DNA from: Gammaproteobacteria bacterium
GTDB lineage: Bacteria; Pseudomonadota; Gammaproteobacteria; SZUA-229
Direction of reading: 5' to 3'
DNA: 64,000 nt
Assembly (NCBI GenBank): GCA_022340645.1
Contig: JAJDNP010000153.1
Location: 6,422 to 70,421 of the forward strand
Below are positions 51,406 through 60,064 of the stretch, in pieces. The notes under the pieces are model-generated. The model was not told the DNA's origin. It saw only the letters and a list, made by a program, of their open reading frames with translations, and made no database searches. Numbering within the stretch: position 1 is the stretch's first letter; every line of letters begins with the position of its first letter. A program made the translations under genes and the position numbers.

Positions 51406-51974
51406 TGCAGCACGTCCTCTTTATGTTTGCTGTTGCTATCTGCTGTTTGCGGCCAGACCTGGGGGACTTTCTGTACTTTACTTATGTCGTAACCCTGTGA
51501 TTCCATGAATGCCAGTAACTCTGTATAACTGCTATCGTCGATGCTGGATTGTCTCGACATCAGCCAGACATAGTCGCGCTTGCTGCGACCGATGATGGTA
51601 GTCTGGTAAGCGTCATCGAGATAGATGACACGGTACTCGGCCTTGAATGGCCAGATGAACTGCATGCCCCATAATGCATTCGACTGTTTGTCGACGATAA
51701 ACCCGGTCGGGTTGTATTGCTTGCGTTCGCCGTCGGCTGAGCCTTGCGAGAAGGTGAAGGTGGTGGCGATGGTGCCGTCAGCGTTCCTCGCGTATGATTC
51801 GATCGCGTTATAAGCATCCTTTTCAATAAATGTCGGTATGTTCGCGATCACATACCAGTTACCAATAAATCGATCCAGGTCAACATAATCTACCGTGTGT
51901 ATCGGTTTCGCTGGCTGGTTACTGCAAGAGGCCAGTAAGGTAAATAATGCGGGCAGTGTTAATGTTTTTTTCAT
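51402..51974 (-). CDS. blc: Bacterial lipocalin (Blc-like) lipoprotein
   Basis: Lipoprotein signal MKKTLTLPALFTLLASC and lipocalin SCR1 motif DLDRFIGNWYVIANIP. Confidence 0.8.
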   Translation of the reverse strand: MKKTLTLPALFTLLASCSNQPAKPIHTVDYVDLDRFIGNWYVIANIPTFIEKDAYNAIESYARNADGTIATTFTFSQGSADGERKQYNPTGFIVDKQSNALWGMQFIWPFKAEYRVIYLDDAYQTTIIGRSKRDYVWLMSRQSSIDDSSYTELLAFMESQGYDISKVQKVPQVWPQTADSNSKHKEDVLQ

Positions 51975-52000
51975 GTTACTTCATCTCTTTATGGCAGCGG

Positions 52001-52693
52001 TTAGGGCATGGCATATCGAATGATATGGTTGTTTTCTGTCAGCGATTCGAGTGCCAGCCAGTGATTGTCATCTGAATACCAGAGGTCGATCTGCAGCCTG
52101 TCGCCAGTTAATCGATAACGTTTGGCGCTGACGGGTTCACCCTTATGCGTTATGGTTTCATTGCCGATAAAGCTGCTTTCTACTTCGACCATTTCGCCCG
52201 TCTGTGCGTTGAGCAAAGATCTCTCGTGGAGAAATCCGGGGTCCCAGTAGGCGAAAGTTTTTATACAGCCCGGATAACTGTCCTGTGATTGCGTTTTGTT
52301 AACAGTGAAGGCGCCGTTATCCTGGGTGCCTGAAATAATGTACTTATCGCCATTATCATTGGTGACAGAGTTAATACTTTTCAGGCACCCGCCTTTCCAT
52401 TGTTCGACGTTATCGTGTTCATAACTGTAAGCATTGATGAAGAAAAATTTGACGTTGAATCGAGCGCTGCTGTAAATCTCTTTGTGCACGTCGGTGTTAA
52501 TCATGGAAAAGTTGTGGTAACCGATTGCGTCATCATCAAGGAATACTTTAAAACGCCAGTTTTTGTCGCTTGCGGTGCTTGCCAGGACCGGATTGCAGCA
52601 GGCAATAATCGTTAACAAAGATAACGTCAAGAAGGCGTGTCTGTAAGTGTTATAAGCTGTTACAGGATTTGCTGACATGATATTCATAATCAT
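52001..52693 (-). CDS. Secreted/periplasmic hypothetical protein conserved in cfa-type clusters
   Basis: ORF-track start (53044) overlaps upstream gene by 350 nt; start at the MIMNIMSANP... ATG (52691-52693, TGATG stop/start junction) gives a signal peptide (FLTLSLLTIIACCNPVLAS). Confidence 0.5.
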   Translation of the reverse strand: MIMNIMSANPVTAYNTYRHAFLTLSLLTIIACCNPVLASTASDKNWRFKVFLDDDAIGYHNFSMINTDVHKEIYSSARFNVKFFFINAYSYEHDNVEQWKGGCLKSINSVTNDNGDKYIISGTQDNGAFTVNKTQSQDSYPGCIKTFAYWDPGFLHERSLLNAQTGEMVEVESSFIGNETITHKGEPVSAKRYRLTGDRLQIDLWYSDDNHWLALESLTENNHIIRYAMP

Positions 52694-53478
52694 CACGACC
52701 TCATTGCTTTCTTTGGGAACCAGGGAAAAAAGGCACTGGTTGATCTGCGGTAACCGGCATACCCCGGGCGGCGCTCGCTTATGGTACTTTCCAGCAGGCT
52801 TACCCCGGAGACCTTTAATAGTAGAATTGACATCAGTACTGGCGAGATAATGCTCCACCAGTAACCTGATGACAGCGCGAACAGGAAAAATGCCCACCAG
52901 ACACAGAACTCGCCAAAATAATTCGGGTGCCTGGTATAACGCCAAAGGCCGGTGTCCAGTACTTTCCCCCTGTTCTCTTCCCGTGATTTGAAACGGGCAA
53001 GCTGCAGGTCGCCGACGGTCTCGAAATACAGTCCGGTAAACCACAGAGTGAAAGCGAAATAATCGAGCAGGCTTATTTCTGTTTCAGCTGCAAAAGTACT
53101 CATCAGCGGCAGTGACACGACTAACGCCAGAAAGGCCTGCAACAGGAAAACGATATACAGGCTTTTAAATGCAAAGTTAGGTTGATTGTTTTCTCTTATT
53201 TGCTGGTAACGAGCGTCCTCTGGCTGGCCCCGGTTTCGCCAGCTGATATATGCTGACAGCCGAATGGCCCATACACACAATAATAAAAGCACCAGCAGGT
53301 TTCGCTCTGTAATAACGCTATTCATAAAGAAAAAACATAATCCGGCAGCGAGTATCATCAGCGACCAGAAGCTGTCCACGATAGCAACGTCATTTTTTAC
53401 CAGGCTAACAATCCATAATAAGATCGCAATGACAAGTAATACCACTGATGCGATAGCAAAGGCGTGCAGCTCAAACAT
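52693..53478 (-). CDS. DUF1295 (steroid 5-alpha-reductase / ICMT-like) integral membrane protein
   Basis: 261 aa polytopic with C-terminal RHPNYFGEFCVWWAFF motif typical of DUF1295/ICMT-like methyltransferase-fold membrane proteins. Confidence 0.75.
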   Translation of the reverse strand: MFELHAFAIASVVLLVIAILLWIVSLVKNDVAIVDSFWSLMILAAGLCFFFMNSVITERNLLVLLLLCVWAIRLSAYISWRNRGQPEDARYQQIRENNQPNFAFKSLYIVFLLQAFLALVVSLPLMSTFAAETEISLLDYFAFTLWFTGLYFETVGDLQLARFKSREENRGKVLDTGLWRYTRHPNYFGEFCVWWAFFLFALSSGYWWSIISPVLMSILLLKVSGVSLLESTISERRPGYAGYRRSTSAFFPWFPKKAMRS

Positions 53479-53479
53479 G

Positions 53480-54037
53480 TTATGCGGCCTCCGTAGTGAG
53501 GGTTTTTACCGGCGAGGCAGGATAGCCATTGAACTTTAATGACAGTTTCACCATTGCCGGAAGCAGTATCGCCCATCCTGCTGCAATCAGGCCAAGCGAT
53601 ATCACCGGGTTATCATATTCCACGGCACCGAGCCTGTTGCCGGCGAAATAAGCCATAGGCGCAAAGATGGCGCCGGCCAATGCCGTCAGTAACAGGTTGA
53701 GGCTTTTTAGCCAGTGCATCGACAGGTTGAGGGTGGTGGCAAACAATGGCCACATCAGAATCATCCAGTAAGGCGCGATATCATTGATTAACTGGCCATG
53801 CTGGTATTGCGCCAGGCCCTGCGATGTGACAATAGATTCGAAAACGAATCCGATGACAAATGCCAGCAGCAGCAAACGCAGTTCATTTGTCGCATCGGCT
53901 GCGCGATAACAATGAAAAGCAATAACCATGATTGCTATCAGGCTGCCCGGCAGCGCGTAGTCGTAAGCGCCGCCGAGCACGCAGGCAAACCAGCCGGCCT
54001 GAAAAAGTAAAAAATTTAATGCCATAGATTTAGACAT
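53480..54037 (-). CDS. DUF2878 family membrane protein
   Basis: Start trimmed to MSKSMALNFLLFQAGWFACVLG... to avoid 70-nt overlap with upstream gene; hydrophobic 4-5 TM protein, conserved partner in this cluster type. Confidence 0.55.
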   Translation of the reverse strand: MSKSMALNFLLFQAGWFACVLGGAYDYALPGSLIAIMVIAFHCYRAADATNELRLLLLAFVIGFVFESIVTSQGLAQYQHGQLINDIAPYWMILMWPLFATTLNLSMHWLKSLNLLLTALAGAIFAPMAYFAGNRLGAVEYDNPVISLGLIAAGWAILLPAMVKLSLKFNGYPASPVKTLTTEAA

Positions 54038-55085
54038 GAGCGTTTTTTTTGCTGAAGAGATAGTGTGATACATACCATTGCTGTCCGTTATCGAAGGCAA
54101 ACAGTTCGGCGCAGGCCATGAAAAACATGCGCCATCTCATCCACCATATCTGTGCCTGGCTGGCGCCATAAACCTGTTCCAGCAACGGCCACACATAATC
54201 TTTGTTGATATCCATGTTGTGCAACCAGGCATTTGATGTCTTTTCATAATGTTTACCGTCCCAGCGCCACTGCCTGACCAGGTTCAGCTGCTGCTGAAAG
54301 TGCAGCGGTAAATCATCGCCTGGCATCATGCCGCCGCTGAAAAAATTCCGGCTCATCCAGTCGTCTTCATCCTTGTCCAGAAACAGGTAGGGCGCACTGC
54401 GGTTGACGAATATGTGCTTGAAGAACAGGCCGTCATCTTTTAACCAGCGATTGATGTTGTCGTAGAGACGCGGCCAGTTTCGCATGTGCTCGAACATTTC
54501 TACCGATACCACGCGGTCATAGCGTGCCGTGGTATCAAAATCATTCATATCGCAGGTAATCACATTGATATTGCTTAACCCACGGCTGGTAGCAATTGAT
54601 TCGATATACTCGCGCTGTGAGTGTGAGTTCGACACCGCGTCTATCTGGCTATCAGGGTAATGTGCGGCCATCCATAAGCTTAGTGAGCCCCAGCCACATC
54701 CCAGCTCAAGTATCCTCTGGTTATCGTCCAGCTGTGCATGTGCACAGGTTTCTGCAAGAGCCTGCTCTTCAGCATCATCAAGTGAGTGGGTGACTTGCGA
54801 CCAGTAACAGCAGCTGTATTTTTTTAGTCTGCCGAGTACCAGCTCAAAAAATTCCGCCGGCACTTCATAGTGCTGTTCATTGGCTTTCTCGGGCACCACT
54901 GCAATCGGCGACTTATACATATCCTGTATGAAGTGATGCTGGCATTCAGCCGTCTTTTCATTATCGCCGTGATTGATTTCGTCAAGGCGCTGCGCCAGCA
55001 AGCGTCTTATACCGTGCCGTATAACCTTATCCGGAACATATCCCTGTTCGCTCCAGCGCAGTGCGGTATTTGCAGTGATTGTCAT
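54030..55085 (-). CDS. Cfa-like class I SAM-dependent methyltransferase (second paralogue, first gene of cluster)
   Basis: SAM-binding ILELGCGWGSLSLWMAAHYP, SVEMFEHM, Cfa-family C-terminus; 351 aa. Confidence 0.8.
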   Translation of the reverse strand: MTITANTALRWSEQGYVPDKVIRHGIRRLLAQRLDEINHGDNEKTAECQHHFIQDMYKSPIAVVPEKANEQHYEVPAEFFELVLGRLKKYSCCYWSQVTHSLDDAEEQALAETCAHAQLDDNQRILELGCGWGSLSLWMAAHYPDSQIDAVSNSHSQREYIESIATSRGLSNINVITCDMNDFDTTARYDRVVSVEMFEHMRNWPRLYDNINRWLKDDGLFFKHIFVNRSAPYLFLDKDEDDWMSRNFFSGGMMPGDDLPLHFQQQLNLVRQWRWDGKHYEKTSNAWLHNMDINKDYVWPLLEQVYGASQAQIWWMRWRMFFMACAELFAFDNGQQWYVSHYLFSKKNAHV

Positions 55086-55119
55086 AACGACTCCGGTTGA
55101 TGATTGATAGATTGAGTAA

Positions 55120-55163
55120 AATTATACATAAATTATACAAAAGTTATACAATAGTTTTACAAT
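55120..55163. repeat. Four tandem 11-bp repeats A(A/G)TT(A/T)TACA(A/T)(A/T) (helical-turn phased)
   Basis: AATTATACATA AATTATACAAA AGTTATACAAT AGTTTTACAAT read directly; 35 bp upstream of the cfa-cluster first gene start and ~150 bp upstream of the divergent HNH gene. Confidence 0.8.
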
Positions 55164-55309
55164 TTATTGTACTTGTGTCAAGATGGATTTGTGTCTAACA
55201 GGGTGAAAATTTGTTAAGTTCTTTAAAAACAAATAGATAATGTTGATTTTCGGCTGTTGCCGGTTTTCTGCAGCCACATTACCTGTACAAGTATGTATAA
55301 GGCGGCGAT

Positions 55310-55648
55310 ATGAAATTATTTGAAGAGGTTTTCATCGATCAACAAACAGGAGGGCATTGCGTGAATAAGACAGCAATATCAGAGATGACTCTAAAACAGA
55401 AGAAGCTGTTCGAGATGACGCAGTATTCAGATGGCAGTGGCTGCTGGGTCTGGCAGGGACAGATATCAAACAGCGGCTACGGCCGAACGATGCTCAGGCG
55501 GCCGGATGGCAGGGTGCAGATGGTGAGTGCACAGGCGGCCAGTTACGAGGAGTTTATAGCGGTGGTACCACAGGGGTGCCTTGTTAAACAGAGCTGCGGC
55601 AATCGCCTGTGTATTAACCCGCAGCATCTTGAATTAATCGAAGTTTAA
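55310..55648 (+). CDS. Stand-alone HNH endonuclease (phage HNH_3-like)
   Basis: 112 aa; SGCWVWQGQISNSGYGRTMLRRPDGRVQMVSAQAASYEEF...CGNRLCINPQHLELIE matches GYG...H...CxNxxCxNPxHL HNH core. Confidence 0.65.
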   Translation: MKLFEEVFIDQQTGGHCVNKTAISEMTLKQKKLFEMTQYSDGSGCWVWQGQISNSGYGRTMLRRPDGRVQMVSAQAASYEEFIAVVPQGCLVKQSCGNRLCINPQHLELIEV

Positions 55649-55774
55649 ATGAAAAAGACCGTGTTAAATGCTAATAAAAGCAAACCGATTCGTCTGCCGT
55701 GCAGGGGTTGTACGCGAAACTGTAAAGATTATTATCGTTGCAATGGTAAAACATGGCGGCTTAATGATAAATAG
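55649..55774 (+). CDS. Cysteine-rich micro-ORF (41 aa; PCRGCTRNC-x6-C), putative
   Basis: ATG overlaps/abuts HNH stop (TAAATG); four Cys in a zinc-ribbon-like spacing; not in ORF track (<60 aa). Confidence 0.2.
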   Translation: MKKTVLNANKSKPIRLPCRGCTRNCKDYYRCNGKTWRLNDK

Positions 55775-55800
55775 CAGATACATTGAAATGTAAACAGATT

Positions 55801-56940
55801 ATGAAGCGGCCTGGCGTAAACATTAGAAAATTAAGCAGTTTAAATTTCGGATTAGTAACCGCATTGTTGTTACTCTTTTGCCCATACATAAAGGCTGCTG
55901 AAATTGCCGTGCGCATAGATAACCCGCCTGAATCAGGCAGGGTTGCTTTGGTATTGTTTGATTCAGCTAATACCTTTGGTGATTTGCGTGATCCCTACAT
56001 GGTTGTTAAGTACCCGCTTGATGGTCGTGAGGAGTACCTGATCGAAGATGTCGAAGCGGGTGAATATGCCCTGCTGGTGTATTTTGACGAGAATGGTAAT
56101 GATGCTATTGATAAAAACTTTATTGGCATACCAAAAGAGCCACTTGGCTTCTCAAACCGGTATCGCCCCAAGGGGCCGCCAGTCTATCAACGCGCGGCTT
56201 TCCAGTTACAGCGAGTAGAATCACGTTCATTTGATGTCGAACTTTACCGGCCGCTGGGTGATTTTGGCCGCATCGGTGCCGGTGTCGGCATAATCGCCAG
56301 GAGCAGTCCCTACCGCGATTATAACGGGACGGTGTCTCAGCTTATACCTGCAATTACTTATAACGGCGAGAGGCTGCAGATTTATGGTCCGAATGTCCAG
56401 CTGGGCCTGGTTGGCAGCAGCAAACTCAGGCTTGCCGCAACGGGCCGTTACCGGATCGGTGTTTACAATGAAGAAGACAGTGCATACCTCGAAGGCATGG
56501 GTGATCGCAGTGATACTTTCATGGCTGGACTGGCCGTACGGGCAGAGTTGCCGGGCGGCCTCGATGCATCTGCAAGATATGAGGTTGATGTGCTCGACCG
56601 GATCGGCGGTGAAGAGGCGCGCATCGAATTTCGTAAACCGCTGCAGCTGGACATACTGAGGTTTGTTCCGACGGTTGCTGTAAACTGGAGCAGTTCAGCA
56701 ATGAGTAATCATGATTATGGCGTACCGCAGAGCAATGCAACAGCACAGCGGCCGGCATATCATCTGGGTGATGTTTATAGTGTCGAAGCTGGTCTTGGTC
56801 TGTTTATCGAGGTTACCACGGACTGGCTGGTAATCATCAACATTGCCGCCGAATCGTTAAGTAATGATGTTACCGCCAGCCCGATAGTCAGTGAAGATCA
56901 TGTTATCAAGGGTTTCGCCGCTGTTAATTATGTTTTTTAA
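55801..56940 (+). CDS. DUF2141 - MipA/OmpV fusion outer-membrane protein
   Basis: ORF-track start 55783 is TTG; ATG at 55801 gives signal peptide MKRPGVNIRKLSSLNFGLVTALLLLFCPYIKAAE; N-terminal DUF2141 signature (GRVALVLFDSANTFGD...YALLVYFDENGNDAIDKNFIGIPKEPLGFSN) then MipA-like barrel (FGRIGAGVGIIARSSPYRDYNG...). Confidence 0.65.
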   Translation: MKRPGVNIRKLSSLNFGLVTALLLLFCPYIKAAEIAVRIDNPPESGRVALVLFDSANTFGDLRDPYMVVKYPLDGREEYLIEDVEAGEYALLVYFDENGNDAIDKNFIGIPKEPLGFSNRYRPKGPPVYQRAAFQLQRVESRSFDVELYRPLGDFGRIGAGVGIIARSSPYRDYNGTVSQLIPAITYNGERLQIYGPNVQLGLVGSSKLRLAATGRYRIGVYNEEDSAYLEGMGDRSDTFMAGLAVRAELPGGLDASARYEVDVLDRIGGEEARIEFRKPLQLDILRFVPTVAVNWSSSAMSNHDYGVPQSNATAQRPAYHLGDVYSVEAGLGLFIEVTTDWLVIINIAAESLSNDVTASPIVSEDHVIKGFAAVNYVF

Positions 56941-57219
56941 AGACATTAAATGAGGCTGCTGTCGCAGAAAAATTTTCGACTATCGGGATGAGGCATGTTG
57001 GTCCGTATAAGCACTATTATCATCCTCAGGCACAAATTTTATATTTCACTCCATTGCTGAAAATCATATAGCCAGCCCCCTGTAGTACACCCTACAGGAG
57101 TGCTAACCTGGCTGTGGCGTTAATTTTTGAGTAGTTTGTAAAACCATTGTTCTGCCTGGATGAGCCTGTATTTATACGATCTTGGACATGAACTGGAAGC
57201 CGTTACCTGGGACACGCTG

Positions 57220-57266
57220 TAAATATGTCGCTCTAAATATGTCTATGTCCAGCTCTTAATATGTCC
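57220..57266. promoter_or_regulatory. Three direct repeats of TAAATATGTC / TAATATGTCC in the intergenic region upstream of the rhodanese-PDO operon
   Basis: Copies at 57220-57229, 57235-57244, 57257-57266 read directly; ~165 bp upstream of the 57430 start. Confidence 0.45.
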
Positions 57267-57429
57267 ATGGGCTCGAAGCTTACGGTTTTCAGATTAATTA
57301 CAAAATTAAAATCGATAATACATCGAAAATAACGATGTAACATTAATATTATTTCGTATTTTTATTATTTCTGTTCTGCTCTATATTATTATCAGTGTTC
57401 AATAAATGTGCCCCCTGGAGGAGGTAACC

Positions 57430-58002
57430 ATGAGTAAAAGAGTCACCACAATTTCGCCGCAACGGCTGCACGTAATCTGGAATGAGGGTAAAAAAATCAA
57501 CCTCGTCGACGTGCGTACGGCGGCTGAATACCGCGCTGGTCATGTCGCTGGCGCCAGGCTGATTCCGCTTGATGAGCTGAATTCAGAAACTCTTGAGGCA
57601 AATGAGCTGCACTCCGGGGCAGGGCATGAGGAAACATTGTACCTGACCTGTGAGTCCGGAGTGCGCGCACAGCTGGCTGCTGAGAGGCTGATCGACGCCG
57701 GTTACCACAACCTGGCCCTGATCGAAGGCGGTACACAGGCGTGGAAAAATGCCGGTTTACCGATGCGGCGTTGCGGCAATGCGATCTCACTGGAACGACA
57801 GGTTCAGATCGCTGTTGGCGTGTTACTGGTACTCAAAGTGCTGTTCGGCTTCACCATCCATGAACTGTTTTTCGCTGCGATACCTTTAATAGGTGCCGGT
57901 CTGATTGTTGCAGGTATTACAAACTGGTGCGGCATGGCGCGTCTGATTGCGCGGCTGCCCTGGAACCAGGGCCGTGACTGTTCTCAACAGGCGACCGCTT
58001 AG
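57430..58002 (+). CDS. Rhodanese-domain sulfurtransferase with C-terminal DUF2892 membrane anchor (YgaP-like)
   Basis: Start at ATG with GGAGGAGG SD; rhodanese fold with active-site Cys loop (YLTCESGVRAQ), two C-terminal TM helices (IAVGVLLVLKVLFGF..IPLIGAGLIVAGITNWCGMA). Confidence 0.8.
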   Translation: MSKRVTTISPQRLHVIWNEGKKINLVDVRTAAEYRAGHVAGARLIPLDELNSETLEANELHSGAGHEETLYLTCESGVRAQLAAERLIDAGYHNLALIEGGTQAWKNAGLPMRRCGNAISLERQVQIAVGVLLVLKVLFGFTIHELFFAAIPLIGAGLIVAGITNWCGMARLIARLPWNQGRDCSQQATA

Positions 58003-58031
58003 TCATTCGTTATAACAGAGGAGAATTAATT

Positions 58032-58724
58032 ATGATCTTTCGTCAACTATTTGATCGTAAATCGTCCACCTTTACTTACCTGCTGGCTGAGCGCAGTGGC
58101 GGTGAGGCGTTGCTCATCGATCCTGTGCAGGAGAATACTGAGCAGTATGTCCGCCTGATTGAGCAGCTTGACCTCAAACTGGTGCTCGCCGTGGACAGCC
58201 ACATCCATGCGGACCATGTCACCGCCCTGGGCGCTTTGCGGGAACGTACCGATTGCGCCAGTGCGATGGGCGCGATGACCAAGGCCGAGTGCGTTTCAGT
58301 GTGGTTCAACGAAGGTGATAAATTGTGTGTGGATAAGCTGCAGCTGGATGTTCTCTATACCCCGGGTCATACCAGTGACTCCTATAGTTTCAGACTTGCG
58401 GATCGTGTGTTCACCGGCGACACCCTGCTAATTCGTGGCACCGGCCGTACAGATTTTCAGAACGGGGATGCGGCTGCGCAGTATGACAGCCTGTTTGGCA
58501 AATTGCTGAAATTGCCCGATGCGACCCTGGTCTATCCGGCGCATGATTATAACGGCATGTCGGTCAGCACCATCGGCGAAGAAAAACGCCACAATCCCCG
58601 TTTGCAGATCGCAGACAAACAGGCCTATATCGAGCTGATGAATGGCCTGGTGCTGGAAGACCCGCAGCTGATGGATGTGGCGGTTCCCGGTAACAGGCGA
58701 TGCGGACTCAAAGCAGCTGCCTGA
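58032..58724 (+). CDS. Persulfide dioxygenase (ETHE1/Blh-type MBL-fold sulfur dioxygenase)
   Basis: N-terminus MIFRQLFDRKSSTFTYLLAE... mirrors ETHE1 N-terminus; MBL metal motif HIHADHV and downstream His/Asp ligands; SD AGAGGAG. Confidence 0.8.
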   Translation: MIFRQLFDRKSSTFTYLLAERSGGEALLIDPVQENTEQYVRLIEQLDLKLVLAVDSHIHADHVTALGALRERTDCASAMGAMTKAECVSVWFNEGDKLCVDKLQLDVLYTPGHTSDSYSFRLADRVFTGDTLLIRGTGRTDFQNGDAAAQYDSLFGKLLKLPDATLVYPAHDYNGMSVSTIGEEKRHNPRLQIADKQAYIELMNGLVLEDPQLMDVAVPGNRRCGLKAAA

Positions 58725-58766
58725 ACGGCGCTGTAAATTATTTTTTTCCTTGAGGAGGAAATTATC

Positions 58767-58943
58767 ATGACAATAAGCACACTTGCTCTGTTTGCAGTAA
58801 CAGGCTTTCTGATTCTACTTAAGCTGGCAATAATGGTGGTAGCAGTAGCGCTATTGGCGAAAACAATGTTTGCTTTCACTCAAAAGTTACGTCCACACGA
58901 AGTCACGGCGAACTTGTTCAAGTTAACTAAAGCGAATCATTGA
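58767..58943 (+). CDS. Small hydrophobic protein (58 aa), hypothetical
   Basis: GAGGAGG SD 7 nt upstream of ATG; MTISTLALFAVTGFLILLKLAIMVVAVALLAKTMFAF... single/double TM; below ORF-track size cutoff. Confidence 0.35.
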   Translation: MTISTLALFAVTGFLILLKLAIMVVAVALLAKTMFAFTQKLRPHEVTANLFKLTKANH

Positions 58944-59126
58944 TTCGGTATATGCAATAATAATTAGCAGTTCATTTGCGGTCATTGGTGGTGAAAATCA
59001 ATGGCCGTATGCTATGTTGGTGAGCGGGTTGCCTGTGATAATCTCTGCAAAAAGACGCTTTACCAATTTATGTTCACGGATCTGTTTTTTTGATTCGTGC
59101 TGATTAATCTGTTATGAACTGCTTTC

Positions 59127-60029
59127 ATGAAAAACATCAATTTGAAGCATCTGCGCTATTTCTGGACTGTTGCCGCTAATGGCTCCATCGCCAGTGCATC
59201 TGAAATATTGCATCTTACGCCACAGACGATAAGCGGGCAGCTCAGTGAGCTTGAGTATCAGATTGGAACCAAATTGTTCCAGAAGGCTGGCCGAAATCTG
59301 GCGCTGACCGAGGCCGGGCGAATGGTATTTAACTATGCTGATGAAATTTTTCGCCTCAGCACTGAGCTCCAGAACGTACTGGACGGGCGCGACCCCGCTG
59401 CCCAGTCAACACTCAATGTGGGTGTCGCCATGGTGGTGCCAAAACTGCTCGCTTATCGGGTATTAGCACCAGTGTTAAATCTTGATCAGCCAGTTCGCCT
59501 GGTCTGTAATGAGGCGCCTTTTGTCGATCTGCTAGCTGACCTGTCGGTGCACAAGCTTGACCTTATTCTGGCCGACAGTCCCTTCAGCCCGGGTTTGAAC
59601 ATCCGCGCTTATAATCATCTGCTGGGTGAGTCCGGCATTACTTTTTTCGCCAGGGAGCCCGATGACAGATTATATCGTAATGATTTTCCTAACAGTCTGG
59701 ACGGTGCGCCGATGCTGATGCCGACCACAAACTGTGCTTTAAGAAGATCGCTCGAACTCTGGTTTGAGCGTATCGATGTTCGGCCGACCGTGGTTGCGGA
59801 ATTTGAAGACCGCGCATTGATGAAAGCTTTTGGTGAGGCTGCCACGGGCATCTTTACCTCACCCACAGCGGTAGAGGATGATGTACTGAATAAGTACGCG
59901 GTGACAGTTATCGGCCGTAGCGATGAGGTCAAGGAACGATTTTATGCGATCTCCGCAGAGCGCAAGATCAAACACCCCGCCATTTCAGCTATCACCGAAG
60001 CAGCGCGCCTTGATCTGTTTTCTATTTAA
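59127..60029 (+). CDS. nhaR: LysR-family regulator, NhaR-like
   Basis: N-terminus MKNINLKHLRYFWTVAANGSIASASEILHLTPQTISGQLSELE... closely parallels E. coli NhaR (NYNHLYYFWHV...LYLTPQTITGQI..LE); 300 aa. Confidence 0.6.
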   Translation: MKNINLKHLRYFWTVAANGSIASASEILHLTPQTISGQLSELEYQIGTKLFQKAGRNLALTEAGRMVFNYADEIFRLSTELQNVLDGRDPAAQSTLNVGVAMVVPKLLAYRVLAPVLNLDQPVRLVCNEAPFVDLLADLSVHKLDLILADSPFSPGLNIRAYNHLLGESGITFFAREPDDRLYRNDFPNSLDGAPMLMPTTNCALRRSLELWFERIDVRPTVVAEFEDRALMKAFGEAATGIFTSPTAVEDDVLNKYAVTVIGRSDEVKERFYAISAERKIKHPAISAITEAARLDLFSI

Positions 60030-60064
60030 TAGACTGGTTTCACCAATAATTGAATAATCCGTCA

